Of a DNA stretch of 56,837 nucleotides, positions 18,695 through 27,027 are shown piece after piece (positions within the stretch are counted from its first letter, which is position 1; the number at the start of each line of letters is the position of its first letter). Location: NCBI GenBank assembly GCA_013297645.1, contig JAAFHU010000001.1:6990-63826 (forward strand). Reading direction: 5' to 3'. The notes beneath the pieces were generated by a model that ran no database searches, was not told where the DNA came from, and was given only the letters and a program-made list of their open reading frames with translations. The stretch is from Actinomycetota bacterium. Its GTDB lineage: Bacteria > Actinomycetota > Actinomycetes > Actinomycetales > Microbacteriaceae. The position numbers and the translations under genes are program-made.

Positions 18695-20187
18695 AGCAAT
18701 GGCTGGACCGCGTGACCGGTCGATTCACTATGTACCGCACCGTCACCCTGCTGCTGCTGGCGATCACGGTCAACGGATTCATCGTCTCCTTCGCCGGGCA
18801 GCTCTTCTACAAGCCCCTCGAACTGCTCGTGAGCGGCGCAGTGGCCGTGGCGGTCAGCATGCTCGGCAGCTGGCTCTTCGCGCTGCTCTTCCGCAGCACG
18901 GCCCACCTCGAATCGGCCCTCATCACCGGCCTCCTGCTCTTCATCATCCTCGAGCCCTCGCTCGAGCCCCTGCAGCTGCTCGCCATCGCGATCGCCGCGG
19001 TCGTCGCCAGCGCGTCGAAGTACCTTCTCGCCTGGCGCGGGCGGCATATCTTCAACCCGGCGGCCATCGGAGCGCTCGCGGTCACGGTCCCCGTGCTCAC
19101 CTACGGCGTGTGGTGGGTCGGCTCTCCCTTCATCCTGCCGGTGGTCGCCATCGGTGCCTTCATCGTGCTCTACCGCACCCGCCGCCTCGAGATGGGCGTC
19201 GCCTTTCTCGTGGTCGTGCTCATCGTCTATGCAGTGCGCTGGTCGCTCACCGGCCAGGGCGCGCTCGAGGGATTCGAGGCGGCCCTGCTCTCTGCCCCCT
19301 TCGTCTTCTTCGCCGGCTTCATGCTCAGCGAGCCGCTCACCATGCCGCCGCTCAAGAAGCAGCAGCTCGGCTACGCGGTCACTATTGCGCTGCTCGCGTC
19401 GTTGAGCTTTCACGTGGGACCGGTCTACTCCTCCCCGCAGTTGGCGCTGGTCGTCGGCAACCTCGTGGCCTTCTTCTTCGGGCAGCGCCGCGGCATCCGC
19501 CTCGAGCTCGTGACGAAGAAACAGCTCACTCCGGCGACGTGGGAGTTCAGCTTCAGCCCGTCGCGACCAGTGCGCTTCACTCCGGGGCAGTACATGGAGC
19601 TCACCGTGCCGCACGCGAAGAGCGACGCCAAAGGCCTGCGCCGCGTCTTCAGCATCTCGAGTGCTCCCGGCGCTCTGATCACCTTCGCGCTCAAGGTCAG
19701 CGGCGAGGTGAGCAGTTTCAAGCGAGCCCTGCTCGACCTCGAGCCCGGCTCCGGGGTGAAGGGCACCCTTGTGGCCGGCGACTTCGTGCTGCCGGCGCCC
19801 GGCACACCGATTCTGCTCGTCGCCGGGGGCATCGGCATCACGCCCTTCGCCTCGCAGCTCGCCCATGACAAGGGCATCGGGGTGGAGCGCGACGTGGTCG
19901 TCGCCTACGCGGTCAGCGATCCGGCCGAGCTCGCCTACAGCGACCTGCTCAAGGCAAGCGGCGCCCGGGTGATCATCGCAGCGCCCACCAAGCCGCCCCG
20001 CCTGCCGAAGGGCTGGGTATACGCGGGGCCCCGGCTGACCGGCGAGGTTCTCACCGAGCACGTGCCCGACCTCGCCGCCCGCCGCAGCTTCATCTCCGGC
20101 CCGCCCTCGCTCGTCAACGCCCTGCGCGTGACCCTGCGGGGGCTCGGCGTCAGGCGCGTCACGACCGACTACTTCTCGGGGTACTGA
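18691..20187 (+). CDS. Membrane oxidoreductase: RnfD/NqrB-like domain fused to a ferredoxin-NADP reductase domain
   Basis: ESALITGLL, HIFNPAA, MLSEPLT membrane part; PGQYM, RVFSISS, AGGIGITPF, SGPP reductase part. Confidence 0.85.
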   Translation: MKQWLDRVTGRFTMYRTVTLLLLAITVNGFIVSFAGQLFYKPLELLVSGAVAVAVSMLGSWLFALLFRSTAHLESALITGLLLFIILEPSLEPLQLLAIAIAAVVASASKYLLAWRGRHIFNPAAIGALAVTVPVLTYGVWWVGSPFILPVVAIGAFIVLYRTRRLEMGVAFLVVVLIVYAVRWSLTGQGALEGFEAALLSAPFVFFAGFMLSEPLTMPPLKKQQLGYAVTIALLASLSFHVGPVYSSPQLALVVGNLVAFFFGQRRGIRLELVTKKQLTPATWEFSFSPSRPVRFTPGQYMELTVPHAKSDAKGLRRVFSISSAPGALITFALKVSGEVSSFKRALLDLEPGSGVKGTLVAGDFVLPAPGTPILLVAGGIGITPFASQLAHDKGIGVERDVVVAYAVSDPAELAYSDLLKASGARVIIAAPTKPPRLPKGWVYAGPRLTGEVLTEHVPDLAARRSFISGPPSLVNALRVTLRGLGVRRVTTDYFSGY

Positions 20188-20250
20188 TTCGCTGTTCGCC
20201 CTGCGCAAACACTAGGAATTCTTTAAGGTTCTGCTCGTTATATTTCTCAT

Positions 20251-20271
20251 GTTGAGTCAACCTGACTCAAG
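20251..20271. promoter_or_regulatory. HspR operator (HAIR)
   Basis: GTTGAGT-N7-ACTCAAG versus consensus CTTGAGT-N7-ACTCAAG, upstream of hsp20. Confidence 0.9.
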
Positions 20272-20289
20272 TTTGAAGGAGTAATAACC

Positions 20290-20712
20290 ATGGCAGTTCT
20301 CTTTGACCCGTTCCGTGAGCTGGACCGCGTTGCTGCGAGCGTCCGTGACGCACAGCAGGGCCCCCGCCTCATGCCGATCGACCTGTTTCGCGACGGAGAC
20401 ACCTATGTGCTCAACGCGGACCTTCCGGGCGTCGACCCCGGCTCGATCGACGTCGACGTCGACGGCCGCGTGCTGACCGTGCGCGCCGAGCGCACCCCGC
20501 GCAGCCGCGAGGGCGTCAAGTGGATGGCGAGCGAGCGCCCCAGCGGCAGCTTCTACCGCCAGTTCACCCTCAGCGACGGCATCGCCACCGAGTCGATCAG
20601 CGCCAACTACGACAACGGCGTGCTCAGCGTCACCATCCCGGTCACCGAGCGCGCCAAGCCGCGCAAGGTCGAGGTGCAGACCAGCGAGACCGTGCAGGCC
20701 GTCAGCGCCTAG
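20290..20712 (+). CDS. Small heat-shock protein Hsp20/alpha-crystallin
   Basis: FDPFRELD, DLPGVDP, ERPSGSFYRQF, ANYDNGVL. Confidence 0.95.
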   Translation: MAVLFDPFRELDRVAASVRDAQQGPRLMPIDLFRDGDTYVLNADLPGVDPGSIDVDVDGRVLTVRAERTPRSREGVKWMASERPSGSFYRQFTLSDGIATESISANYDNGVLSVTIPVTERAKPRKVEVQTSETVQAVSA

Positions 20713-20720
20713 GGCTCAGC

Positions 20721-20759
20721 ACGGCACGGGGGTTCGGCGGCGCCGGGCCCCCGTGCCGT
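20721..20759 (+). terminator. Stem-loop terminator after hsp20
   Basis: ACGGCACGGGGG...CCCCCGTGCCGT 12-bp stem; no U-tract. Confidence 0.6.
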
Positions 20760-20770
20760 ACTCTCGGCAC

Positions 20771-21400
20771 ATGAAGCACCATCTGGTCGCGCGGCTCGTC
20801 TGCATGGCGGTCGCCGGCGCGGCAGTGGCCGCCGGGAGTGTGGCCCTCGGTCTCGCCCAGTACGCTGCGACCGCCGGCTGGATTGCCGCATCCCTCGTTT
20901 ATATCGTCTGGGTGTGGAGCGTCATCGGCCGCACCGACGCCGACTTCACCCGCCAGCACGCCACGGCCGAGGAACCCGCCCGCCCGGTCGCCGACGGACT
21001 GCTGGTCGCGATCATCATCGCCAGCCTCGCGTCGGTCGCATTCGTGCTCATCCCCGCTGCGAGCGCCGGCGGGCTGGAGCGGGGCATCCTCGCCGCGCTC
21101 GCCCTCGCGAGCATCGCGCTCTCGTGGACGCTGCTGCACACCCTCTTCACCCTGCGCTATGCACGGCTCTACTACCGCGATCCGGAGGGCGGCATCGACT
21201 TCAACCAGACCGAGCCGCCGCGCTACAGCGACTTCGCCTACTTCGCATTCACGCTCGGCATGACCTTCCAGGTGAGCGACACCAACATCGGCGACCACGT
21301 GATCCGCGCCACCGTGCTGCGGCACTCGCTGCTGTCGTTCGTCTTCGGTACCGTCATCCTGGCCACGACGATCAACCTCGTGGCGGGACTGGGGGGCTAG
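20771..21400 (+). CDS. DUF1345 membrane protein
   Basis: YARLYY, DFAYFAFTLGMTFQVSDT, LRHSLLSFVF. Confidence 0.85.
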   Translation: MKHHLVARLVCMAVAGAAVAAGSVALGLAQYAATAGWIAASLVYIVWVWSVIGRTDADFTRQHATAEEPARPVADGLLVAIIIASLASVAFVLIPAASAGGLERGILAALALASIALSWTLLHTLFTLRYARLYYRDPEGGIDFNQTEPPRYSDFAYFAFTLGMTFQVSDTNIGDHVIRATVLRHSLLSFVFGTVILATTINLVAGLGG

Positions 21401-21978
21401 TGGCCATCGCCGATCGCGAGCTGATCCTCTTCGCGACCGCCGCAGAGTTCGAGGCGTGGATCGTGGCGAACCGCGACCATGAGGGAATCCGCGTGCAGCT
21501 GCGCAAGAAGAACTCCACCAAGCCCGGCATGCTCTACGCCGAGGCGCTCGACGTCGCGCTCTGCCACGGCTGGATCGACGGCCAGAAGGGCGCCCTCGAC
21601 GAGGACTACTTCTTCAATGGCTTCTCGCCGCGCCGCGCCCGCAGCCCGTGGTCACAGGTGAACCGGGACCACGTTGCGCGGCTGATCGACGAGGGGCGCA
21701 TGACCCCGCACGGACTCGCAGAGGTCGAGCGCGCGAAGGCCGACGGACGGTGGGATGCCGCCTACCGGCAGAAGGACGCCGAGGTTCCCGCCGACCTGCA
21801 GCTCGCGCTCGCCGCCTCCCCCGCCGCGCTCGCGCTATTCGAGCGGCTCAGCTCACAGAACCGCTTCGCGATGCTCTTTCGCATCGGCAGCGTCAAGCGC
21901 GCCGAGACGCGCGCGGCGAAGATCGCCGGCTTCGTCGCGATGCTCGAGCGCGGGGAGACGATCTACCCACAGAAATAG
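21400..21978 (+). CDS. YdeI/OmpD-associated family protein
   Basis: ALCHGWIDG, PRRARSPWSQVN, GRMTPHG, VPADL, KRAETRA. Confidence 0.85.
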   Translation: MAIADRELILFATAAEFEAWIVANRDHEGIRVQLRKKNSTKPGMLYAEALDVALCHGWIDGQKGALDEDYFFNGFSPRRARSPWSQVNRDHVARLIDEGRMTPHGLAEVERAKADGRWDAAYRQKDAEVPADLQLALAASPAALALFERLSSQNRFAMLFRIGSVKRAETRAAKIAGFVAMLERGETIYPQK

Positions 21979-22014
21979 CGAAGCGCCGCACCCCAGAGAG
22001 ATGCGGCGCTCGCT
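21977..22014. terminator. Hairpin between convergent genes
   Basis: AGCGCCGCA/TGCGGCGCT stem extended by AGCG/CGCT. Confidence 0.55.
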
Positions 22015-22021
22015 GGGCAAA

Positions 22022-23239
22022 CTAGGCGCCGAGGCGCTTGGCCAGGTTCTTGTCGAGCGTGTCGAGGAACTCCTCGGTGGTCTCCCACTTCTGGTCCGGG
22101 CCGACGAGCAGGGCGAGGTCCTTGGTCATGTGACCGGCCTCGACCGAGGTGATGACGACATCCTCGAGCGTCTCGGCGAAGGTCGCGAGCGCGGCGTTGT
22201 CGTCGAGCTTGGCGCGGTGCGACAGGCCACGGGTCCACGCGTAGATCGACGCGATCGGGTTGGTCGAGGTCGGCTTGCCGGCCTGGTGCATGCGGTAGTG
22301 GCGCGTGACGGTGCCGTGCGCGGCCTCCGCCTCGACGACGCTTCCGTCGGGCACAGACAGCACCGAGGTCATCAGGCCGAGCGAGCCGAAGCCCTGCGCG
22401 ACGGTGTCGGACTGCACGTCGCCGTCGTAGTTCTTGCAGGCCCAGACGTAGCCGCCCTCCCACTTCATGGCCGAGGCGACCATGTCGTCGATGAGGCGGT
22501 GCTCGTAGGTGAGGCCGGCAGCGTCGAACTTCTCCTTGAACTCCGTCTGGAAGATCTCCTCGAAGATGTCCTTGAAGCGGCCGTCGTAGGCCTTGAGGAT
22601 CGTGTTCTTCGTGCTGAGGTAGACCGGGTAGTTGCGGCTGAGGCCGTAGTTGAGCGAGGCGCGGGCGAAGTCGATGATCGACTCGTCGAGGTTGTACTGC
22701 ACCTGGGCGATGCCGTCGCCCGGGGCCTGGAAGACCTCGAACTTGAGCGGCTCGGAGCCGTCCTCCGGGGTGAAGGAGACCTCGAGCGTGCCGGCGCCGG
22801 CGAAGCGGAAGTCGGTGGCGCGGTACTGGTCGCCGAAGGCGTGGCGGCCGATGATGATCGGCTTGTTCCAGCCGGGCACGAGGCGCGGGATGTTCGAGAT
22901 GATGATCGGCTCGCGGAAGATGACGCCGCCGAGGATGTTGCGAATAGTGCCGTTCGGGCTCTTCCACATCTTCTTCAGGCCGAACTCCTCGACGCGGGCC
23001 TCGTCGGGCGTGATGGTCGCGCATTTGACGCCGACGCCGTGCTTCTGGATGGCGTGGGCGGCGTCGATGGTGACCTGGTCATCCGTCGCGTCGCGGTGCT
23101 CGATACCGAGGTCGTAGTACTCGAGGTTGATGTCCAAGTAGGGGTGGATCAGGGTCTCTTTGATCTTGTGCCAGATGATGCGGGTCATCTCGTCACCGTC
23201 GAGCTCGACGACGGTGCCCTCTACCTTGATCTTTTCCAT
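22022..23239 (-). CDS. icd: NADP-dependent isocitrate dehydrogenase
   Basis: [47 protein letters not shown]. Confidence 0.97.
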   Translation of the reverse strand: MEKIKVEGTVVELDGDEMTRIIWHKIKETLIHPYLDINLEYYDLGIEHRDATDDQVTIDAAHAIQKHGVGVKCATITPDEARVEEFGLKKMWKSPNGTIRNILGGVIFREPIIISNIPRLVPGWNKPIIIGRHAFGDQYRATDFRFAGAGTLEVSFTPEDGSEPLKFEVFQAPGDGIAQVQYNLDESIIDFARASLNYGLSRNYPVYLSTKNTILKAYDGRFKDIFEEIFQTEFKEKFDAAGLTYEHRLIDDMVASAMKWEGGYVWACKNYDGDVQSDTVAQGFGSLGLMTSVLSVPDGSVVEAEAAHGTVTRHYRMHQAGKPTSTNPIASIYAWTRGLSHRAKLDDNAALATFAETLEDVVITSVEAGHMTKDLALLVGPDQKWETTEEFLDTLDKNLAKRLGA

Positions 23240-23286
23240 GTGTGTCTCCTCGTTGTTTCAACCCCAGACAGCTTATCGCTTCTGCA

Positions 23287-23310
23287 AAGTATCTCGATAT
23301 CGAGATACTT
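23287..23310. promoter_or_regulatory. Perfect 24-bp palindromic operator upstream of icd
   Basis: AAGTATCTCGAT|ATCGAGATACTT. Confidence 0.8.
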
Positions 23311-23344
23311 CTCGAATTGCCCGCAGAGCGGCTAGCGTGGGTCT

Positions 23345-23797
23345 ATGGGTGACCTGCGACTCGAAGAGCTGTCCGCCGCGACGATCGTGGCGGCGAACAC
23401 CATGACGCTGCGCCCCGGCCAGGAGCAGTTCGTCACTCCGCCCTCGTACGCGATCGCCGACTCCTTCATCAACCCGCTCACCTCGTGGCCGCGCGTCGTG
23501 CTCGACGGCGACACCGTTGTCGGCTTCATCCGCGGCAACTTCGACGCCGACAACTCGCTGCCCGAGTTCCGCAGCTGCATCTGGCGCATCAACGTCGCCG
23601 GTGACGCGCAGGGCGCCGGTGTCGGCAAGTTCGCCGTGCACGCCCTCGCCGAAGAGGCGCGGCACCGTGGCTTCGACCAGCTCACCTGCATCTGGGAGCC
23701 GGGCGACGACGGCCCCGAGGCCTTCTTCCTCAAGATCGGCTTCGAGGTCATCGGCGAGACGCAGTACGGCGAGAAGCTTGGCGCCCTCACGCTCTGA
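23345..23797 (+). CDS. GNAT-family N-acetyltransferase
   Basis: AQGAGVGK acetyl-CoA motif, FFLKIGF; TAGCGT -10 six nt before the ATG (leaderless). Confidence 0.85.
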   Translation: MGDLRLEELSAATIVAANTMTLRPGQEQFVTPPSYAIADSFINPLTSWPRVVLDGDTVVGFIRGNFDADNSLPEFRSCIWRINVAGDAQGAGVGKFAVHALAEEARHRGFDQLTCIWEPGDDGPEAFFLKIGFEVIGETQYGEKLGALTL

Positions 23798-24089
23798 CGA
23801 CTTCGTCACCGCCGTACTCGAGCTTGTCGAGAGCATCCCCCCGGGCCGGGTCATGGCCTACGGCGAGATCGCGGCGGTGCTCGGATCCCGTGCCTCGCGC
23901 CAGGTCGGGCAGATCATGGCCTACTACGGGTCGGAGGTGCCGTGGTGGCGCGTCGTCCGCGCCAGCGGGCATCCCGCCGTCGACCACTCGACCCGGGCGC
24001 TCGAGCACTACCGCGCCGAGGGCACCCCGCTGCGCTGGTCGGGTGCGGCCTACCGGGTCGACATCGCGAAGGCTCGACACCGCCCCTAA
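23778..24089 (+). CDS. Alkyltransferase-like protein (MGMT family, ATL type)
   Basis: IPPGRVMAYGEIA and PWWRVV (Trp replaces the catalytic Cys); TTG start assumed. Confidence 0.85.
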   Translation: MAPSRSDDFVTAVLELVESIPPGRVMAYGEIAAVLGSRASRQVGQIMAYYGSEVPWWRVVRASGHPAVDHSTRALEHYRAEGTPLRWSGAAYRVDIAKARHRP

Positions 24090-24090
24090 C

Positions 24091-24179
24091 TTTCCGAAAT
24101 GACGGAGTTCTCGTCATCGCACCTGAGTGATTGCGCGCAACCCTGTGGGCATTGACTCCACTTCTCCGTCATATCGGAG
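24091..24179. repeat. Left inverted-repeat doublet flanking the DUF559 gene
   Basis: TTTCCGAAATGACGGAG (24091) ... CTCCGTCATATCGGA (24164-24178). Confidence 0.8.
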
Positions 24180-24251
24180 CGAAATAGGATGCTGTGCACC
24201 GATCGACCGGCAGCCGCCCTCCCCATAGACGCGGGGCCGCAATCTCGGCGC

Positions 24252-25139
24252 ATGAACTCGATCTACTACGACGTCTGGCGGCGCGGCGGAGTCGCGACCA
24301 CCCACGAACTATTGCGTGACGGTCACACTTCGCACTCGCTGACACGAGCAGTGCGCCGCGGCGAGGTGCTCCGCGCCCGGCAGGGTTACTACTGCACTCC
24401 GCAGCTACCAACAGACCAGCTTCGAGCTGTGCGCGTCGGCGGCATGCTGACCGGGCTCGCCGCGGCGAAAGCGCACGGACTGTGGACGCCCGGCCACGAC
24501 GAGCTCCATGTAGCGGTGCGCGCGCACGCTCGAGGCCTGCGAGCTCCGGACGATGCCAAGCGAAGGCTGCCCGAGGCACCGCAGGGCGCTGTCGCACGGT
24601 GGACGGGGACTCCGACGGGGGGAACGCGCAGTCTCGTCGACCCGGTGACCTGTCTCGTCGACGTGGCGAAGCGGCATCCACCGCTTATCGCTTTTGCGGT
24701 TGTGGAGTCGGCACTGTTTCGCGGGGTGATCACTATGGCTGCATGGCGCCGAGAGCTCGAAGCCCTACCCGCAACTGTGCGAACACAGCTGGACTCTGTT
24801 GCCACAACGAGCGAAAGCGGAGGAGAGTCACTGCTGCGATTCCGCCTCCAATCTATGAAGGTCGAACTGAGGCAGCAGGTGCGCCTTCGCGGCATCGGTC
24901 GCGTCGATTTTCTGATCGGCGACGGCCTGGTAATCGAGGCCGATGGCGCCGAGTTTCACACGTCGCGCAAGGACTTCGAGGAGGATCGTCGGCGCGACGC
25001 ACTGCTATCCGCTCAGGGCTACCGGGTGCTGCGATTCAGCTACAACCAGATCGTGTCACGCTGGCCAGAAGTGGAGGCCGCGATTCGCGCCGCGGTCGCG
25101 CGCGGCGACCACCTGCGCGCCGCGCCGCTTCCGAAATGA
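24252..25139 (+). CDS. AbiEi-like wHTH plus DUF559 (Vsr-like PD-(D/E)XK) endonuclease domain protein
   Basis: N-terminal GGVATTHELL...VRRGEVLRARQGYY; C-terminal SESGGES, RVDFLI, IEADGAEFH, DRRRDA, GYRVLRF. Confidence 0.85.
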   Translation: MNSIYYDVWRRGGVATTHELLRDGHTSHSLTRAVRRGEVLRARQGYYCTPQLPTDQLRAVRVGGMLTGLAAAKAHGLWTPGHDELHVAVRAHARGLRAPDDAKRRLPEAPQGAVARWTGTPTGGTRSLVDPVTCLVDVAKRHPPLIAFAVVESALFRGVITMAAWRRELEALPATVRTQLDSVATTSESGGESLLRFRLQSMKVELRQQVRLRGIGRVDFLIGDGLVIEADGAEFHTSRKDFEEDRRRDALLSAQGYRVLRFSYNQIVSRWPEVEAAIRAAVARGDHLRAAPLPK

Positions 25140-25216
25140 CGGATTTCTCGCAGCACAGCACCGCAATCTCGGGGATCGAGAGGCTCACCACCTGCGAAAC
25201 TCCGTCATTTCGGAAA
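25129..25216. repeat. Right inverted-repeat doublet flanking the DUF559 gene
   Basis: TTCCGAAATGACGGATTTCTCGCAG ... CTGCGAAACTCCGTCATTTCGGAAA. Confidence 0.85.
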
Positions 25217-25238
25217 CAGGCAACGGTGGCTAGGGTGG

Positions 25239-25254
25239 TTGCAAGCGCTTGCAA
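25239..25254. promoter_or_regulatory. LacI-family operator upstream of alpha-amylase
   Basis: Perfect palindrome TTGCAAGCGCTTGCAA with central CG, just downstream of a TAGGGT -10-like hexamer. Confidence 0.8.
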
Positions 25255-25278
25255 TTCGGCGGCGGTGGAGGGGCAACA

Positions 25279-26691
25279 ATGCGACGGATCGCGATACTCG
25301 TCACGGCGGCACTGCTGCTGACCGGGTGCAGCACGACCACCACCTTCGACGGCACGGGGGCGCGCAGTGATGTCGGCATCCAGTTGTTCCAATGGAATTG
25401 GGATTCCATAGCGTCGGAATGCACGGACGTGCTCGGCCCGGCCGGCGTCGCCTGGGTGCTGACCAGCCCGCCGCAGGAGCACATCATGGGCTCGGCCTGG
25501 TGGACCGCCTACCAGCCGGTCAGCTACCAGATCGAGTCGCGGCTCGGCACCCGCGAGCAGTTCGCGGCGATGGTCACGACCTGCCACGATGCCGGAGTGG
25601 CGGTCATCGTCGACGCCGTCATCAACCACATGACCGGGCAGGACAGCGGCGGCACCGGCTGGGCCGGTACCGAGTTCGGCCACTACGACTACCCCGACCT
25701 CTACACCGAGGACGACTTTCACCACTGCGGCCTCAGCGACTCCGACGACATCACCGACTACTCGAGCGCCGGCAACGTGCAGACCTGCGAGCTCGTCAAC
25801 CTCGCCGACCTGGCGACCGAGAAGTCGTCGGTACAAGAAACCATCGCCACGTACCTCAACGACCTGCGCAGCCTGGGGGTCGACGGCTTCCGCATCGACG
25901 CCGCCAAGCACATGCCCGCGGCCGATGTCGCGGCCATCGTCGACCGGATCGACGGCGACCCGTACATCGTGCAGGAGGTGATCCGCACCGACGGCGAGCC
26001 GATCCAGCCCGAGGACTACCTCGGCAGCGGCGACGTCTTCGAGTTCGGCCTCGCCTACCAGCTGGTCACCTGGATGAAGACCGGGTCGCTCGACAGCATC
26101 GCCACCGTCGGCTCCTACGGCTTCGCGCCCTCCGAGCAGGCAGCGACCTTCGTTGACAACCACGACACCGAGCGCAACCGCCAGACGCTCAGCTACCGCG
26201 ACGGCGCGAAGTACCGGCTGGCGACCATGCTGTTGCTCGCGAGCGACTACGGCAGCCCGGTGCTCTACTCCGGCTACGCCTTCACGATCAACGACAAAGG
26301 CCTGCCGCTCGACGCCGACGGCACCGTGAGCGATGTCTCCTGCGTCGACCAGCGAGACAGCTACGACGACGGGGAGTGGGTCTGCCAGCACCGCTGGCCG
26401 GGAGTGCTCGGCATGGTCGGCTGGCGGTCGGCCGTCGGCTCGGCGCCGGTGCACGACGAGTGGAGCGAGGACGACGCCTACGCCTTCGGCTGCGGCGAGC
26501 TCGGCTACGTGATTTTTAACGCATCGGATGCCGTGGTCGAGAACGACTTCGAGACCTCGCTTCCCGCAGGCGACTACTGCAATGTCGCGGCCGAGGGATG
26601 CGACGTGGTCGAGGTCGCAGCAGATGGCGTGCTCAGCGTGGCCGTGCCCCCGTGGTCGGCGGTCGCGATCCACGTCGATTCGCGCCCCTGA
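25279..26691 (+). CDS. Alpha-amylase lipoprotein (GH13)
   Basis: Lipobox LTGC; YQPVSY, DAVINH, GFRIDAAKH, QEVI, FVDNHD. Confidence 0.93.
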   Translation: MRRIAILVTAALLLTGCSTTTTFDGTGARSDVGIQLFQWNWDSIASECTDVLGPAGVAWVLTSPPQEHIMGSAWWTAYQPVSYQIESRLGTREQFAAMVTTCHDAGVAVIVDAVINHMTGQDSGGTGWAGTEFGHYDYPDLYTEDDFHHCGLSDSDDITDYSSAGNVQTCELVNLADLATEKSSVQETIATYLNDLRSLGVDGFRIDAAKHMPAADVAAIVDRIDGDPYIVQEVIRTDGEPIQPEDYLGSGDVFEFGLAYQLVTWMKTGSLDSIATVGSYGFAPSEQAATFVDNHDTERNRQTLSYRDGAKYRLATMLLLASDYGSPVLYSGYAFTINDKGLPLDADGTVSDVSCVDQRDSYDDGEWVCQHRWPGVLGMVGWRSAVGSAPVHDEWSEDDAYAFGCGELGYVIFNASDAVVENDFETSLPAGDYCNVAAEGCDVVEVAADGVLSVAVPPWSAVAIHVDSRP

Positions 26692-26775
26692 CCCCCGAGG
26701 GGTCAGCCGCAAGGATGACGCCCGCGATACCCGCGCCCGATGCCCGGGCCGGCGCGGGCGAGTGCAATAGGAGGC

Positions 26776-26871
26776 ATGGACTCCTTCGACACCTGGACAC
26801 TCATCGCGGCGCCCATCCTCGGCGTGGCGATGGTGCTGGCGACCGTGATCGCGACACTGATCAGCGCATGA
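26776..26871 (+). CDS. Small single-TM peptide (31 aa)
   Basis: AGGAGG RBS; MDSFDTWTLIAAPILGVAMVLATVIATLISA. Confidence 0.55.
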   Translation: MDSFDTWTLIAAPILGVAMVLATVIATLISA

Positions 26872-26966
26872 GGTGGCTCGACTCCTGGCCTTTCAGCGTG
26901 GTCGTCATCGGGGGTTCTGTGGTCGTGTGCGTATTGACGGTCGCGACCGCGCTCACGTATAAATAA
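26868..26966 (+). CDS. Small single-TM peptide (32 aa)
   Basis: ATGA overlap with the preceding peptide; MRWLDSWPFSVVVIGGSVVVCVLTVATALTYK. Confidence 0.5.
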   Translation: MRWLDSWPFSVVVIGGSVVVCVLTVATALTYK

Positions 26967-27002
26967 CGACACGCCGAGGGAGTGTTCTCCGGCTTGACTC
27001 AT

Positions 27003-27018
27003 TCGAACATATGTTCGA
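27003..27018. promoter_or_regulatory. LexA SOS box
   Basis: TCGAAC-ATAT-GTTCGA, the actinobacterial consensus, next to a TTGACT -35 upstream of imuA'. Confidence 0.93.
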
Positions 27019-27027
27019 ACATGGAGG

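Noticed and set aside
20914-21399. Long N-terminal extensions of YdeI, ImuB, PurH, the MalG-type permease and the TAP peptidase
   Set aside because: They are Arg/Pro-rich off-frame readings of the overlapping upstream gene, typical of high-GC DNA.
24091-25216. Classical IS element
   Set aside because: Terminal inverted repeats are present, but there is no DDE, HUH or serine/tyrosine recombinase motif and no target-site duplication; kept as a separate finding.
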